Notes under the pieces: generated by a model | Databases searched by the model: none | What the model was told of the DNA's origin: nothing | The model's input: only the letters and a program-made list of their open reading frames with translations | Part shown: one piece after another, positions 15,649 through 23,979 of the stretch | Numbering within the stretch: the first letter of the stretch is position 1 | Layout: every line of letters begins with the position of its first letter | Source: Chlamydiota bacterium | GTDB lineage: Bacteria > Auribacterota > JACPWU01 | Direction of reading: 5' to 3' | Length of the DNA: 32,000 bases | Assembly (NCBI GenBank): GCA_016196885.1 | Contig: JACPWU010000038.1 | Span: 1-32,000 of the forward strand | Position numbers and translations under genes: made by a program

Positions 15649-16917
15649 TTGTTGGATATGAAATATCGGAAATCTGCTAGAAAAAAAGAAGTTAAAACAC
15701 TCGAGAAGAATTTGCCCAAGGTAGAGAAGGCTTTAAGAAAGGGAATTTCTTTGGGGCTTGTGTATTTGGATGTCTCTAAATTTTGGTCTTTTGAAGAGCA
15801 GTATGGATGGGAATTTATAGACAAGCTTTTTTCAAGGGTGAGCGAAGTTCTCCTTCATTTGAAAGAGAAAGCCCCGCCTTTTTTGGATGTTTTGCCCACC
15901 TGCCGGATGTGGCGAGATGATTTTGTTGTTTTTTTTATTCCCGGACCTAAGCATCCTCTCAAGTGGACAGAAGGTCTTTTGACCCGAGTCGTCGAGGCGC
16001 TTCGTGAAGGACTGAAGGAGTTTCTTCCTAAAAATGAGCGTCTGGATCAAGGGGATCTTGAATTTTTTTCGGGTTGGGCGATGATTCATTCTGTCAAGGG
16101 GATTCCCGTTGGAACGTTGATCAGTCGGGCGATTCGCGAGGCTTTGGATTTTGCGGCCGAGCAGCGTTTTTCGAATGTATCACAACTGGCCTTGGAGTTG
16201 GACGAAATCATTAACGGGGGAAAGCTTTCCACTGTTTTTCAGCCGGTGGTCTGCCTAGATACCAAAACCGTTTTGGGGTATGAGGCCTTGGCCCGGGGTC
16301 CTGAAGGAAGCGCCTTTCGAAATCCGGAGGTGATTTTCAATGTCGCGGCTCAGGCTCGCTCTCTCATGAAGGTGGAACGTTTGGCCAAGATATCTGCCAT
16401 GGAGGCGGCTCGTCAAATTCCTGAACGATATAAACTTTTTCTGAACATTGATTCTGAGCTCTTGATTCAGCCGAGGGAAATTTTTAAAATGTTGAAAGAG
16501 GTAGGCTGCTTTCCGGGGAGAGTCGTTTTTGAAATCACGGAGCGCAAGGCGGTCAAGGATTTCGAGCAGCTTCGGTCGGTGATTCAGATGATGAAAAAGG
16601 AAGGGTACGAATTTGCCATTGATGATGCGGGCAGTGGCTATGCCTCGATGGAATCCATTGCCATTTTGGATCCCCAATATATTAAAATAGATCAATCCAT
16701 TATTCGTGGGATCGAGACCCATTCTGTGAAGCAAGATGTGGTGAAGGCCTTTGTCAATCTTTCTAGGATGCGTCATGCGATTTTGATTGCAGAAGGCGTG
16801 GAGGATGAAGGAGAATGTCGGATGTTGTCTTCTCTTGGGGTCGCATGTGCGCAGGGGTTTTTCTTCGCCCGCCCTGCCTTCCCTCCTCCCAAAGCGGACT
16901 CTTTACAATGTTGTTGA
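15649..16917 (+). CDS. Degenerate GGDEF-like domain plus EAL domain (c-di-GMP phosphodiesterase)
   Basis: EAL signatures: VFQPVV, YEALARGP, EITER, DDAGSGYAS, KIDQS, AEGVE, QGFFFARP. The N-terminal half is GGDEF-like, but WRDDF replaces GGDEF. The start is TTG 15649 or ATG 15657. Confidence 0.85.
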   Translation: MLDMKYRKSARKKEVKTLEKNLPKVEKALRKGISLGLVYLDVSKFWSFEEQYGWEFIDKLFSRVSEVLLHLKEKAPPFLDVLPTCRMWRDDFVVFFIPGPKHPLKWTEGLLTRVVEALREGLKEFLPKNERLDQGDLEFFSGWAMIHSVKGIPVGTLISRAIREALDFAAEQRFSNVSQLALELDEIINGGKLSTVFQPVVCLDTKTVLGYEALARGPEGSAFRNPEVIFNVAAQARSLMKVERLAKISAMEAARQIPERYKLFLNIDSELLIQPREIFKMLKEVGCFPGRVVFEITERKAVKDFEQLRSVIQMMKKEGYEFAIDDAGSGYASMESIAILDPQYIKIDQSIIRGIETHSVKQDVVKAFVNLSRMRHAILIAEGVEDEGECRMLSSLGVACAQGFFFARPAFPPPKADSLQCC

Positions 16918-16924
16918 GAATCTT

Positions 16925-18004
16925 ATGCTACCTTGGCTAGGGCTGGTCATTACGGTATTGATTTTTGCTGTGGGTGTACTCCTCTTCATTCCCTTTTGGA
17001 GAAAAGAAGCCCATTCCAGAGGGGCTTCGTTTGAAAAAACTTTAGAAAGTTTGCGTTCAGAAGTCCGTCTCAATTTGGATGGGAATACGCAGCTCATTCA
17101 ACAACAGCTTCTGGGCATTTTAAAACAAGTGGGCGATCAACTTTATCAGGCGCGGCAGGATTTAGGAGGGAGGCTTGAAGGGACGGTTCGTGTGGTGGGG
17201 GAATTGCAAAATAAATTAGGAAAGCTCGAAGAGTCTAATCGCCAAGTTTATGAAGTGGGACGTGACATTGCCCGGCTTCAAGAGATTTTAAGGGCGCCCA
17301 AATTGAGAGGAGGTTTGGGTGAATTCTTTTTAGGGGACCTTTTAAGCCAGATCATTCCTCCCGAATATTTTTCTCTTCAATATGGTTTTCGCTCAGGGGT
17401 CAAAGTGGATGCGGTCATTCGCCTGGGCGGAAAACAGTTGGTTCCTGTAGATTCAAAATTTCCTTTGGAAAATTTCTTAAAGATTCTCAGTGCCTCGGGT
17501 GACTTAGATAAAAGGTCTTATCGCAGGCAATTTTTGACGGATGTAAAGAAACACATTGATGCCATTGCCTCCAAATACATTTTGCCAGATGAGGGGACTT
17601 TTGATTTTGCGCTCATGTATATCCCGGCGGAAAATGTTTATTATGAAACCATTATCAAAGATGAAGGCGATTCCGAGCATTCCCTCTTTCAATATGCCTT
17701 GGCGAAAAGGGTGGTTCCGGTCTCACCCAATAGTTTTTATGCGTACTTGCAGGTCATTTTGCTTGGGCTTAAGGGAATGAAAATCGAAGAAAGGGCCTTG
17801 GAAACCATTGGTCAATTGAGGCGGCTCTCGGATGAATTTTCAAAATTTAGAGAGGATTTTGATCGTGTAGGAGCCCATTTATCCAATGCAAAAGGCAGCT
17901 TCGAAAAGGCCGAGAAACGTCTCGGCAAATTCGGTGAGAGGCTTTCCGATGTGAGTGCGCTAGAACCTGAGAAGGCAAAGGCATTGGCGCAAGAAGTTGT
18001 TTAG
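16925..18004 (+). CDS. rmuC: DNA recombination protein RmuC
   Basis: N-terminal TM helix, a coiled-coil region, then VDSKFPLENF and MYIPAENVYYE motifs. I moved the start from the ORF-track 16787 to ATG 16925, because the upstream part overlaps the EAL gene. Confidence 0.85.
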   Translation: MLPWLGLVITVLIFAVGVLLFIPFWRKEAHSRGASFEKTLESLRSEVRLNLDGNTQLIQQQLLGILKQVGDQLYQARQDLGGRLEGTVRVVGELQNKLGKLEESNRQVYEVGRDIARLQEILRAPKLRGGLGEFFLGDLLSQIIPPEYFSLQYGFRSGVKVDAVIRLGGKQLVPVDSKFPLENFLKILSASGDLDKRSYRRQFLTDVKKHIDAIASKYILPDEGTFDFALMYIPAENVYYETIIKDEGDSEHSLFQYALAKRVVPVSPNSFYAYLQVILLGLKGMKIEERALETIGQLRRLSDEFSKFREDFDRVGAHLSNAKGSFEKAEKRLGKFGERLSDVSALEPEKAKALAQEVV

Positions 18005-18366
18005 TGAACTGACTTGTGATTGAAAAGTATATCCTTCAAAACGTGTTCAACTTCTCTCAATGTGCCCTTTCCTAAAGATCCCAACTTCCTTTTGATAAGG
18101 GAATGATGTAAAGAGTGTATTTTATCTACGATGATAGCGGATGGTTTTTTAAAACCAGAAGGGTGATAATCAGGATGTGAAGTATCTATTCTGATTAAGA
18201 AAGATCCCTCTCTTCTGATATTAGAGGTTACGAGGCAAAGGATCACATCCTTTTCTTGAAGGTTGTAGGATGTTGTGGAAAGTACCACGGCAGGGCGGAC
18301 CTTTTGAGAGGTAAGATCGGTGTAAGGAAAAACAGTCAGAACAATATCTCCCTGAGAAAGATTCAT
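18001..18366 (-). CDS. PemK/MazF-family toxin (type II TA endoribonuclease)
   Basis: GDIVLTVFPYTD...KVRPAVVLS...ILCLVTSN pattern. The start overlaps the upstream stop (ATGA). Confidence 0.8.
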   Translation of the reverse strand: MNLSQGDIVLTVFPYTDLTSQKVRPAVVLSTTSYNLQEKDVILCLVTSNIRREGSFLIRIDTSHPDYHPSGFKKPSAIIVDKIHSLHHSLIKRKLGSLGKGTLREVEHVLKDILFNHKSVH

Positions 18367-18608
18367 ACCGGATAGCCATCATCAAGAGTGTAAATATCTT
18401 CTTCCTTGTCGTGGAGGAAGGAATGCGAAGGATCATTTTTTGAAATCCATTCTAAGATTTCTTCGTCGGTTGTTTCAAAATCTTGATCTGTAAAATAGAA
18501 GAAGGTCTCATTGGGGATTGTTCCTAGCTCTTGATAGCTTGGCTTAGAAATTTCATTACTTCCCAGAACGAAGAAAAGGAGTGAATTTCCAGTCCGACTC
18601 TTATTCAT
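18363..18608 (-). CDS. Putative acidic antitoxin partner of the MazF-like toxin
   Basis: 81 aa with a D/E-rich C-terminal half (TDQDFETTDEEILEW...DKEEDIYTLDDG). It is ATGA-coupled on both sides. The assignment rests on position and composition only. Confidence 0.5.
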   Translation of the reverse strand: MNKSRTGNSLLFFVLGSNEISKPSYQELGTIPNETFFYFTDQDFETTDEEILEWISKNDPSHSFLHDKEEDIYTLDDGYPV

Positions 18609-18997
18609 AACATATCCCCTTTTAATAGGCTGAAAACTCTTTCTGCAACAGGTTTATTGTCTATGAGAACCTGAAATTTATACTTTCCGGGTTCTGGAAA
18701 AGAAACGTTCAGAAGTTCAAAAGCACACTCAAAGATAGCGTTGGAATCTTTTGACTCGAGTGAGCCTTGGACGTTTACCAGAGATTTCGTGTCTTTAAAT
18801 TTTTTGCATTCTAAAATAATATTATATTTTCCATTGCAATTTGTTAAGGTGAAGTAAATATTCATTCTCCCGTGACAGACGGGAAAATCTTTTGCAAGAA
18901 TCGAATTGAAAATTCCGATGAGACTTTTTTTATGAGTTCTCTTGTCATCTATAATGTCATCACAAGTGATTAAAGTTAGGGCTTTAGGTGTCTCCAT
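18605..18997 (-). CDS. Small uncharacterised beta-rich protein, paralog of 4387-4788
   Basis: The start is set at ATG 18997 (METPKAL...); the ORF track opens at 19054. It shares TCDD, KKSLIGIF, FPVCH and EPGKYKF motifs with 4387-4788. Confidence 0.65.
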   Translation of the reverse strand: METPKALTLITCDDIIDDKRTHKKSLIGIFNSILAKDFPVCHGRMNIYFTLTNCNGKYNIILECKKFKDTKSLVNVQGSLESKDSNAIFECAFELLNVSFPEPGKYKFQVLIDNKPVAERVFSLLKGDML

Positions 18998-19111
18998 TTT
19001 TAAGCGATATTCCTTTCTTCTTCTATTGAAGCATGAATGTCGGATGATAAGCAATAAGATGTGAAGTGTATGAATCTATCTATTTATGATGCAAAGAGTT
19101 AGCATTTTTAA

Positions 19112-19663
19112 CTAAAACGCCACCTTGGGTGCCTGTCTTTCCTCAGACCCTGCCGTTTGAAAAAATTCTTCCGGCATGAATTTGAAGAGACCCGCGATGA
19201 GATGGATTGGAAAACTTTGGAGTTGAGTGTTGTAAGTCGTGACCGTGTCGTTGTAAAAACTTCTCACAGATCCTATTTTATTTTCAGTTGAGGCAAGTTC
19301 TCCCTGTAGGGCCATCATGTTTTGATTGGCTTTAAGATCGGGATAATTTTCCACAACTGCAAAGAGCGACTTCAGCGTGTCGGTCAGCATGTTGTTGGCC
19401 TGTGCTTGTGCCTGAGCGCCCTTTACCTGGGTTGCCATGTTTCTTGCCTGAACCACTTTTTCAAGTGTTTCTCTTTCGTGTTTGAGATAACCCTTGCAGG
19501 TTTCTACCAGATTGGGAATGAGATCATATCTTCTTTTAAGCTGGACATCTATTTGGGCCCAGGCGTTTTTAGCTTTGAGACGAAGGCTTACCAATTTGTT
19601 ATAAGTGAAAATACACCCTAAAACGATAAAGGCAGCGACGCCTAAAATAATCCAGACAGTCAT
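19112..19663 (-). CDS. lemA: LemA family protein
   Basis: N-terminal TM helix followed by YNKLV..R..AKNAWAQIDVQLKRRYDLIPNLVE, the canonical LemA signature. Confidence 0.88.
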   Translation of the reverse strand: MTVWIILGVAAFIVLGCIFTYNKLVSLRLKAKNAWAQIDVQLKRRYDLIPNLVETCKGYLKHERETLEKVVQARNMATQVKGAQAQAQANNMLTDTLKSLFAVVENYPDLKANQNMMALQGELASTENKIGSVRSFYNDTVTTYNTQLQSFPIHLIAGLFKFMPEEFFQTAGSEERQAPKVAF

Positions 19664-19688
19664 GGGATCTCCTGCGCTAAACTATTTC

Positions 19689-19697
19689 ATTATACCA
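19689..19697 (-). promoter_or_regulatory. Extended -10 element (TGGTATAAT) upstream of lemA
   Basis: The reverse complement of 19689-19697 reads TGGTATAAT, about 26 nt upstream of the lemA ATG. No convincing -35 element. Confidence 0.4.
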
Positions 19698-19742
19698 GTT
19701 TTGTGATACAGTTCTATGAATAAAGCGTATAGTATGAACTGT

Positions 19743-19932
19743 GATGTTGTATTTAAAAGTGTGTCCTTTTATTGATGCGGGTGGCCCGACTGGGGGTCCC
19801 CCGCTGATCGCCAGCAGGTCGAGACTTGAAAATTACTCTTCAAGAACCAAATCGAGACCGATGCCGTCAGCGGGGGTGAGGAGGGACAGGACCCGCCTCC
19901 TCTTAAAAGGGCACACTTTTAAATACACGATC
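19743..19932 (+). mobile_element. Non-autonomous TIR element (MITE-like), copy 1, 190 bp
   Basis: Termini GATGTTGTATTTAAAAGTGTGTCCTTTT ... AAAAGGGCACACTTTTAAATACACGATC. Flanked by the direct repeat TGAACTGT (19735-19742 and 19933-19940). A second copy lies at 24797-24989. Confidence 0.8.
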
Positions 19933-19986
19933 TGAACTGTACGCTGAACGCTAATCGCTGTACGCTTTTTCATGGAGATTAGAAAC

Positions 19987-21660
19987 ATGAGTCAAAATTT
20001 AAAACATCGTAGCAGTGTCTTAACCGATGGTGTGGACCGCTCACCTGCTCGTGCCATGTTGAAGGGGATTGGCTTTACCGATGAGGATTTAAGCCGTCCC
20101 TTGATCGGCGTTGCCAATACCTGGATCGAAGTCATGCCCTGTAATTTTCATCTTCGGCGATTATCTGAAAAAGTGAAAGAGGGAATTCGTGCGGCCGGAG
20201 GAACGCCGATTGAATTTAATACCATTGCAGTTTCGGATGGAATTTCCATGGGAACGGAAGGGATGAAGGCCTCTTTGATCAGTCGCGAAGTTGTGGCGGA
20301 TTCCATTGAACTTGTGGTGCGGGGTCATCTCTTCGATGGCGTGGTGGCTCTTTCAGGCTGTGACAAAACCATTCCAGGAACTGTGATGGCCTTGGCGCGG
20401 CTGGATTTACCTTCGGTGATGCTTTATGGAGGCTCGATCCTGCCGGGGCAATTTCAGGGGCATGATGTGACCATTCAAGATGTTTTTGAGGCTGTAGGGG
20501 CTTGCTCTGCCGGGAAAATGAATTTGGATCAATTGCGCGATTTGGAGAATCATGCCTGTCCTGGCGCGGGGGCCTGCGGGGGGCAGTTCACGGCCAATAC
20601 CATGGCGATTGCGATGGAGATGTTGGGCATTTCTCCCATGGGGAGCGCAAGCGTTCCCGCGATGGATCCTAAAAAGGATGAGGTCGCTTTTCAAATGGGA
20701 CAAGTTGTGATGAATGCCCTTAAAAATGATTTGCGGCCAAGCAAAATCATCACTCACAACGCGCTTGAAAATTCCATTGCCTCCATTGCCTTGACGGGGG
20801 GATCCACCAATGGGGTTTTGCATTTGCTCGCGATTGCGTATGAACTTGGCATTCCCTTGGCCATGGAGGATTTTGACCGCATCAGTTCTCGCACCCCGCT
20901 TCTGGGAGATTTAAAACCGGGCGGCCGCTTTGTTGCAACCGATCTTTACAAAGCAGGGGGCACCCGTTTGGTCGCTCAACGATTGAAGGATGCAAATCTA
21001 CTTCACCGAAATGAAATGACGATTACTGGAAAGAAAATGGGAGAGGAGGCCTCTCTAGCTCAAGAAACTCCGGGCCAGGTAGTCCTGCGGCCGCTCTCAA
21101 AGCCTTTGAAACCTACCGGTGGTTTTGTGATTTTAAAAGGGAATCTTTCTCCGGAGGGATGTGTGGTGAAAGTTGCAGGCCATGAACGCATGTATCAAAA
21201 AGGGCCGGCGCGTGTGTTTGACAGTGAGGAGGCCGCTTTCGAGGCAGTTCGGGCCCGGAAAATTAAATCGGGAGATGTGGTGGTCATTCGCTATGAAGGT
21301 CCGAAGGGAGGGCCTGGCATGCGGGAAATGCTGGCGGTGACAGCGGCCCTCGTGGGAGAGGGCCTTGGAGAGAGTGTTTCACTTTTGACAGACGGTCGAT
21401 TTTCAGGAGCGACGCATGGACTCATGGCAGGACATGTTTCTCCAGAGGCGGCTTGCGGCGGTCCGATTGCAGCTTTAAAGGATGAAGATCAAATTATTTT
21501 TGATATTAAAAATCGTCAATTAAATGTTGAACTTTCAGATGAAGAAATGCGTCTCCGGCTAGAAAGATGGACGCCTCCAAAGCCTCACTATCAAAAAGGT
21601 GTCATGGCCAAATATGCTAAAATGGTCTCTTCGGCGGCAAAGGGGGCGGTGACGGGGTAA
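19987..21660 (+). CDS. ilvD: Dihydroxy-acid dehydratase
   Basis: [19 protein letters not shown] and [16 protein letters not shown] motifs. I prefer the start at ATG 19987 (GGAGA 10 nt upstream) over 19972. Confidence 0.92.
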   Translation: MSQNLKHRSSVLTDGVDRSPARAMLKGIGFTDEDLSRPLIGVANTWIEVMPCNFHLRRLSEKVKEGIRAAGGTPIEFNTIAVSDGISMGTEGMKASLISREVVADSIELVVRGHLFDGVVALSGCDKTIPGTVMALARLDLPSVMLYGGSILPGQFQGHDVTIQDVFEAVGACSAGKMNLDQLRDLENHACPGAGACGGQFTANTMAIAMEMLGISPMGSASVPAMDPKKDEVAFQMGQVVMNALKNDLRPSKIITHNALENSIASIALTGGSTNGVLHLLAIAYELGIPLAMEDFDRISSRTPLLGDLKPGGRFVATDLYKAGGTRLVAQRLKDANLLHRNEMTITGKKMGEEASLAQETPGQVVLRPLSKPLKPTGGFVILKGNLSPEGCVVKVAGHERMYQKGPARVFDSEEAAFEAVRARKIKSGDVVVIRYEGPKGGPGMREMLAVTAALVGEGLGESVSLLTDGRFSGATHGLMAGHVSPEAACGGPIAALKDEDQIIFDIKNRQLNVELSDEEMRLRLERWTPPKPHYQKGVMAKYAKMVSSAAKGAVTG

Positions 21661-21785
21661 AAAATCAAAATTCAAAAATCAAATATCAAAATGACATATT
21701 AAAATTCAAAATGTTCCAATATCCGAGCAGATGTAGAAATTTTAATTTTTGATTTGTCATTTTGATTTTTAAATTTTGATATTTT
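21661..21785. repeat. A/T-rich imperfect hairpin of AAAWTCA heptamer arrays
   Basis: A 12-bp perfect core, ATCAAAATGACA (21685-21696) with TGTCATTTTGAT (21755-21766), is flanked by imperfectly complementary 7-nt-periodic arrays. It begins at the base after the ilvD stop. Confidence 0.55.
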
Positions 21786-21803
21786 AAGGGAGGCAGGACT
21801 CCG

Positions 21804-23105
21804 GTGAAGAAGTCCCTTTTTTTTACTATTCTCTTTGTCCTTTTCATTTCCATTTCATCCCTTGCCTCCGTTGCCTATCGCATTGATGTGGAGGGTCCCA
21901 TCAACGATGTTTTGGCTGATTTTGTTGTTCATTCCATTCAAGAAGCGCAAGATCATCAGGCCCCTTTTGTGATTTTGAGGCTCAGCACACCGGGTGGTTT
22001 TGATACCGCCATGCGAAAAATTATTTCAGAGATTCTCGGCAGTCGTATTCCTGTCATTGTGTATGTTGGCCCCGCGGGAGCCCGTGCTGCCTCTGCCGGT
22101 TTTTTTATTTTGCTGGCTGGCGATGTAGCTGTCATGGCCTCTGGAACCAACACCGGTTCGGCCCATCCCCTCTTGGCATTGGGTGGGATTTACCCGATCG
22201 AAAAGGGAAAGGGGATGAAAACGCTCTCGGAAAAAGTGATGAACGATGCCAGGGCCTATTTACGGGGGATTGCCGAAAAGCGCGGAAGAAATGTAGAATG
22301 GGCCGAAAAGGGAATCACGGAAAGCAAATCTTACACAGAGAAAGAGGCCCTGGAGGGAAAACTCATTGAGCTCGTCGTCAAAGACGAAAAGGAGTTGATG
22401 AAGGTTTTAAGAGGTCGTGAGGTGACCCGGTTTTCAAAAGAGAAAGTGACTTTACCTGTAGGTTCTGTCTCGCTCAAAGTTTGCGAAATGACTGGGCGGC
22501 AAAAAATTCTTTTGGCCATCAGTGATCCCAATCTGGCCCTTTTGCTGGGACTTGTCGGGCTTTTGCTGATTTATTTTGAATTCAGTAACCCCGGTCTGAT
22601 TGCCCCGGCGGTGCTCGGGGCCCTTTGTCTTTTGGTCTCCATGATTGGCTTTTCGATTCTCCCCATCAACTTTGTGGGTGCCCTCTTGATGATTTTGGCG
22701 CTGGGCCTTTTCATTGCAGAAATTAAAGTCCAGGGCTTTGGCATTTTGGGGATAGGCGGTATTATTTCGCTTCTCGTCGGGGCCTTGATTTTGGTAGATG
22801 CACCCGAGAGCAATCTTGGAATCAGACCTGTGGTCGCTGTGGCAGTCGTTCTTTCCTTTGGTGCCATTCTGATGCTTTTGGTTCGATTGACCGTAAAAAG
22901 TTTACACAGGAAAGTCCAGACAGGTCTTGCTGGAATGATTGGGCTCACAGGCGTAGCCCACAGCGCCATTGGGTTGGAGGGCCAAGTCCATGTCCGGGGA
23001 GAATATTGGAATGCCATTTCTTCGAGCCCGATTCCTGAAGGAAAAAAAGTGCGCGTGGTGAAGGTGGAAAATCTGAAGGTGGTGGTGGAGGAAGTCAAAA
23101 ACTAA
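21804..23105 (+). CDS. NfeD-family membrane-bound ClpP-class serine protease
   Basis: 433 aa with a GTG start behind GGGAGG. It has a signal/anchor, a ClpP-like domain, multiple TM helices and a C-terminal OB-like domain (VRGEYWNA...VRVVKVENLKVVV). Partner gene of SPFH. Confidence 0.85.
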   Translation: MKKSLFFTILFVLFISISSLASVAYRIDVEGPINDVLADFVVHSIQEAQDHQAPFVILRLSTPGGFDTAMRKIISEILGSRIPVIVYVGPAGARAASAGFFILLAGDVAVMASGTNTGSAHPLLALGGIYPIEKGKGMKTLSEKVMNDARAYLRGIAEKRGRNVEWAEKGITESKSYTEKEALEGKLIELVVKDEKELMKVLRGREVTRFSKEKVTLPVGSVSLKVCEMTGRQKILLAISDPNLALLLGLVGLLLIYFEFSNPGLIAPAVLGALCLLVSMIGFSILPINFVGALLMILALGLFIAEIKVQGFGILGIGGIISLLVGALILVDAPESNLGIRPVVAVAVVLSFGAILMLLVRLTVKSLHRKVQTGLAGMIGLTGVAHSAIGLEGQVHVRGEYWNAISSSPIPEGKKVRVVKVENLKVVVEEVKN

Positions 23106-23111
23106 AAAAAA

Positions 23112-23200
23112 GTTCAAAGGTTTAAAGGTTCAAAAGTTCAAAGGAAAAAGCTCCAAAGTGCATCAACCTTTGAACCTTTGAACTTTTGGACCTTTAAACC
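23112..23200. repeat. Hairpin of GTTYAAAR octamer arrays between nfeD and the SPFH gene
   Basis: GTTTAAAGGTTCAAAAGTTCAAAGG (23120-23144) pairs 24/25 with the complement within 23167-23200. Both arms have 8-nt periodicity. Confidence 0.75.
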
Positions 23201-23217
23201 TTCGTAAAGGAGGAACT

Positions 23218-23979
23218 ATGCTTGCCGCTTATCCATTTACTATTTTTATCGGTGTGATTATTTTTTATTTGATGAGCTCTCTTAAGATTTTAAATGAATA
23301 CGAACGGGGCGTCATTTTTAGGCTAGGACGGGTGTTGGGAGAGGCGAAGGGGCCGGGCCTCATTTTTGTGTTTTGGCCCATTGATCGGATGGTGCGGGTT
23401 TCCTTAAGAACCATCACCTTTGACGTTCCTCCCCAGGATATTATTACGAAAGACAATGTCTCTGTGAAAGTAAATGCCGTTGCCTATTTCAGGGTGGTGA
23501 ATCCGGTTCGGGCGATCATTGACGTTGAAAGTTTTCTATATGCGACTTCTCAGTTAGCCCAGACGACCTTGAGATCGGTGTTGGGAGAAGTAGAGTTGGA
23601 CGATTTGCTCAGCAAAAGAGAAACGCTGAATGTAAAATTGCAAAATATTTTGGATACACATACGGACCCTTGGGGGATTAAGGTGTCTTTGGTTGAAGTG
23701 AAACAAGTAGATTTACCTCCCGAAATGGTTCGGGCTATTTCTAAGCAGGCTGAGGCTGAACGGGAAAAGCGGGCCAAAATTATTCATGCTGAAGGAGAAT
23801 TTCAAGCGGCTGAAAAACTTTATCAAGCCTCTCGCGTGATTGCTCAAGAACCTGCTGCGATTCAGCTACGTTATTTACAGACTTTGACGGAGATTGGGGT
23901 TGAGAAAAATACCACCATTATTTTCCCACTGCCGATCAATATTCTGGAAAACTTTATTAAGAAAAATTCAAAAGTTTAA
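23218..23979 (+). CDS. SPFH/Band 7 (stomatin-like) protein
   Basis: [28 protein letters not shown] and the Glu/Ala-rich [16 protein letters not shown] region. Confidence 0.9.
   Translation: MLAAYPFTIFIGVIIFYLMSSLKILNEYERGVIFRLGRVLGEAKGPGLIFVFWPIDRMVRVSLRTITFDVPPQDIITKDNVSVKVNAVAYFRVVNPVRAIIDVESFLYATSQLAQTTLRSVLGEVELDDLLSKRETLNVKLQNILDTHTDPWGIKVSLVEVKQVDLPPEMVRAISKQAEAEREKRAKIIHAEGEFQAAEKLYQASRVIAQEPAAIQLRYLQTLTEIGVEKNTTIIFPLPINILENFIKKNSKV

Noticed and set aside
16787-16924. The N-terminal 46 codons of the rmuC ORF as given in the ORF track (and similar 5' extensions at 18998-19054, 31636-31707, 27459-27473, 11284-11346, 19972-19986)
   Set aside because: The extensions overlap upstream genes or lack an RBS, and they precede a methionine followed by a clear signal/TM helix or conserved N-terminus. 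The internal starts were preferred.
19743-19932. Identity of the 190-nt element with a known housekeeping or regulatory RNA (6S, SRP/4.5S, tmRNA, RNase P, Y RNA, retron msr-msd, a riboswitch in front of ilvD)
   Set aside because: There is no SRP domain IV motif (GGAA/AGCA loops), no tmRNA or RNase P signature sequences, and no reverse transcriptase or rsr gene nearby. The second copy is not upstream of any gene, and each copy has its own 8-bp flanking duplication, which argues for a mobile element. A 6S-like rod shape alone is not diagnostic.
19741-19935. A 64-aa ORF across MITE copy 1, and the ORFs 24665-24985(-), 24807-25010(-) and 24813-24995(+) across copy 2
   Set aside because: They lie entirely within the inverted-repeat element and have no RBS. 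Different frames and strands are open in the two copies, and the conserved blocks are not conserved at the protein level. They are artefacts of stop-poor GC-rich repeat sequence.
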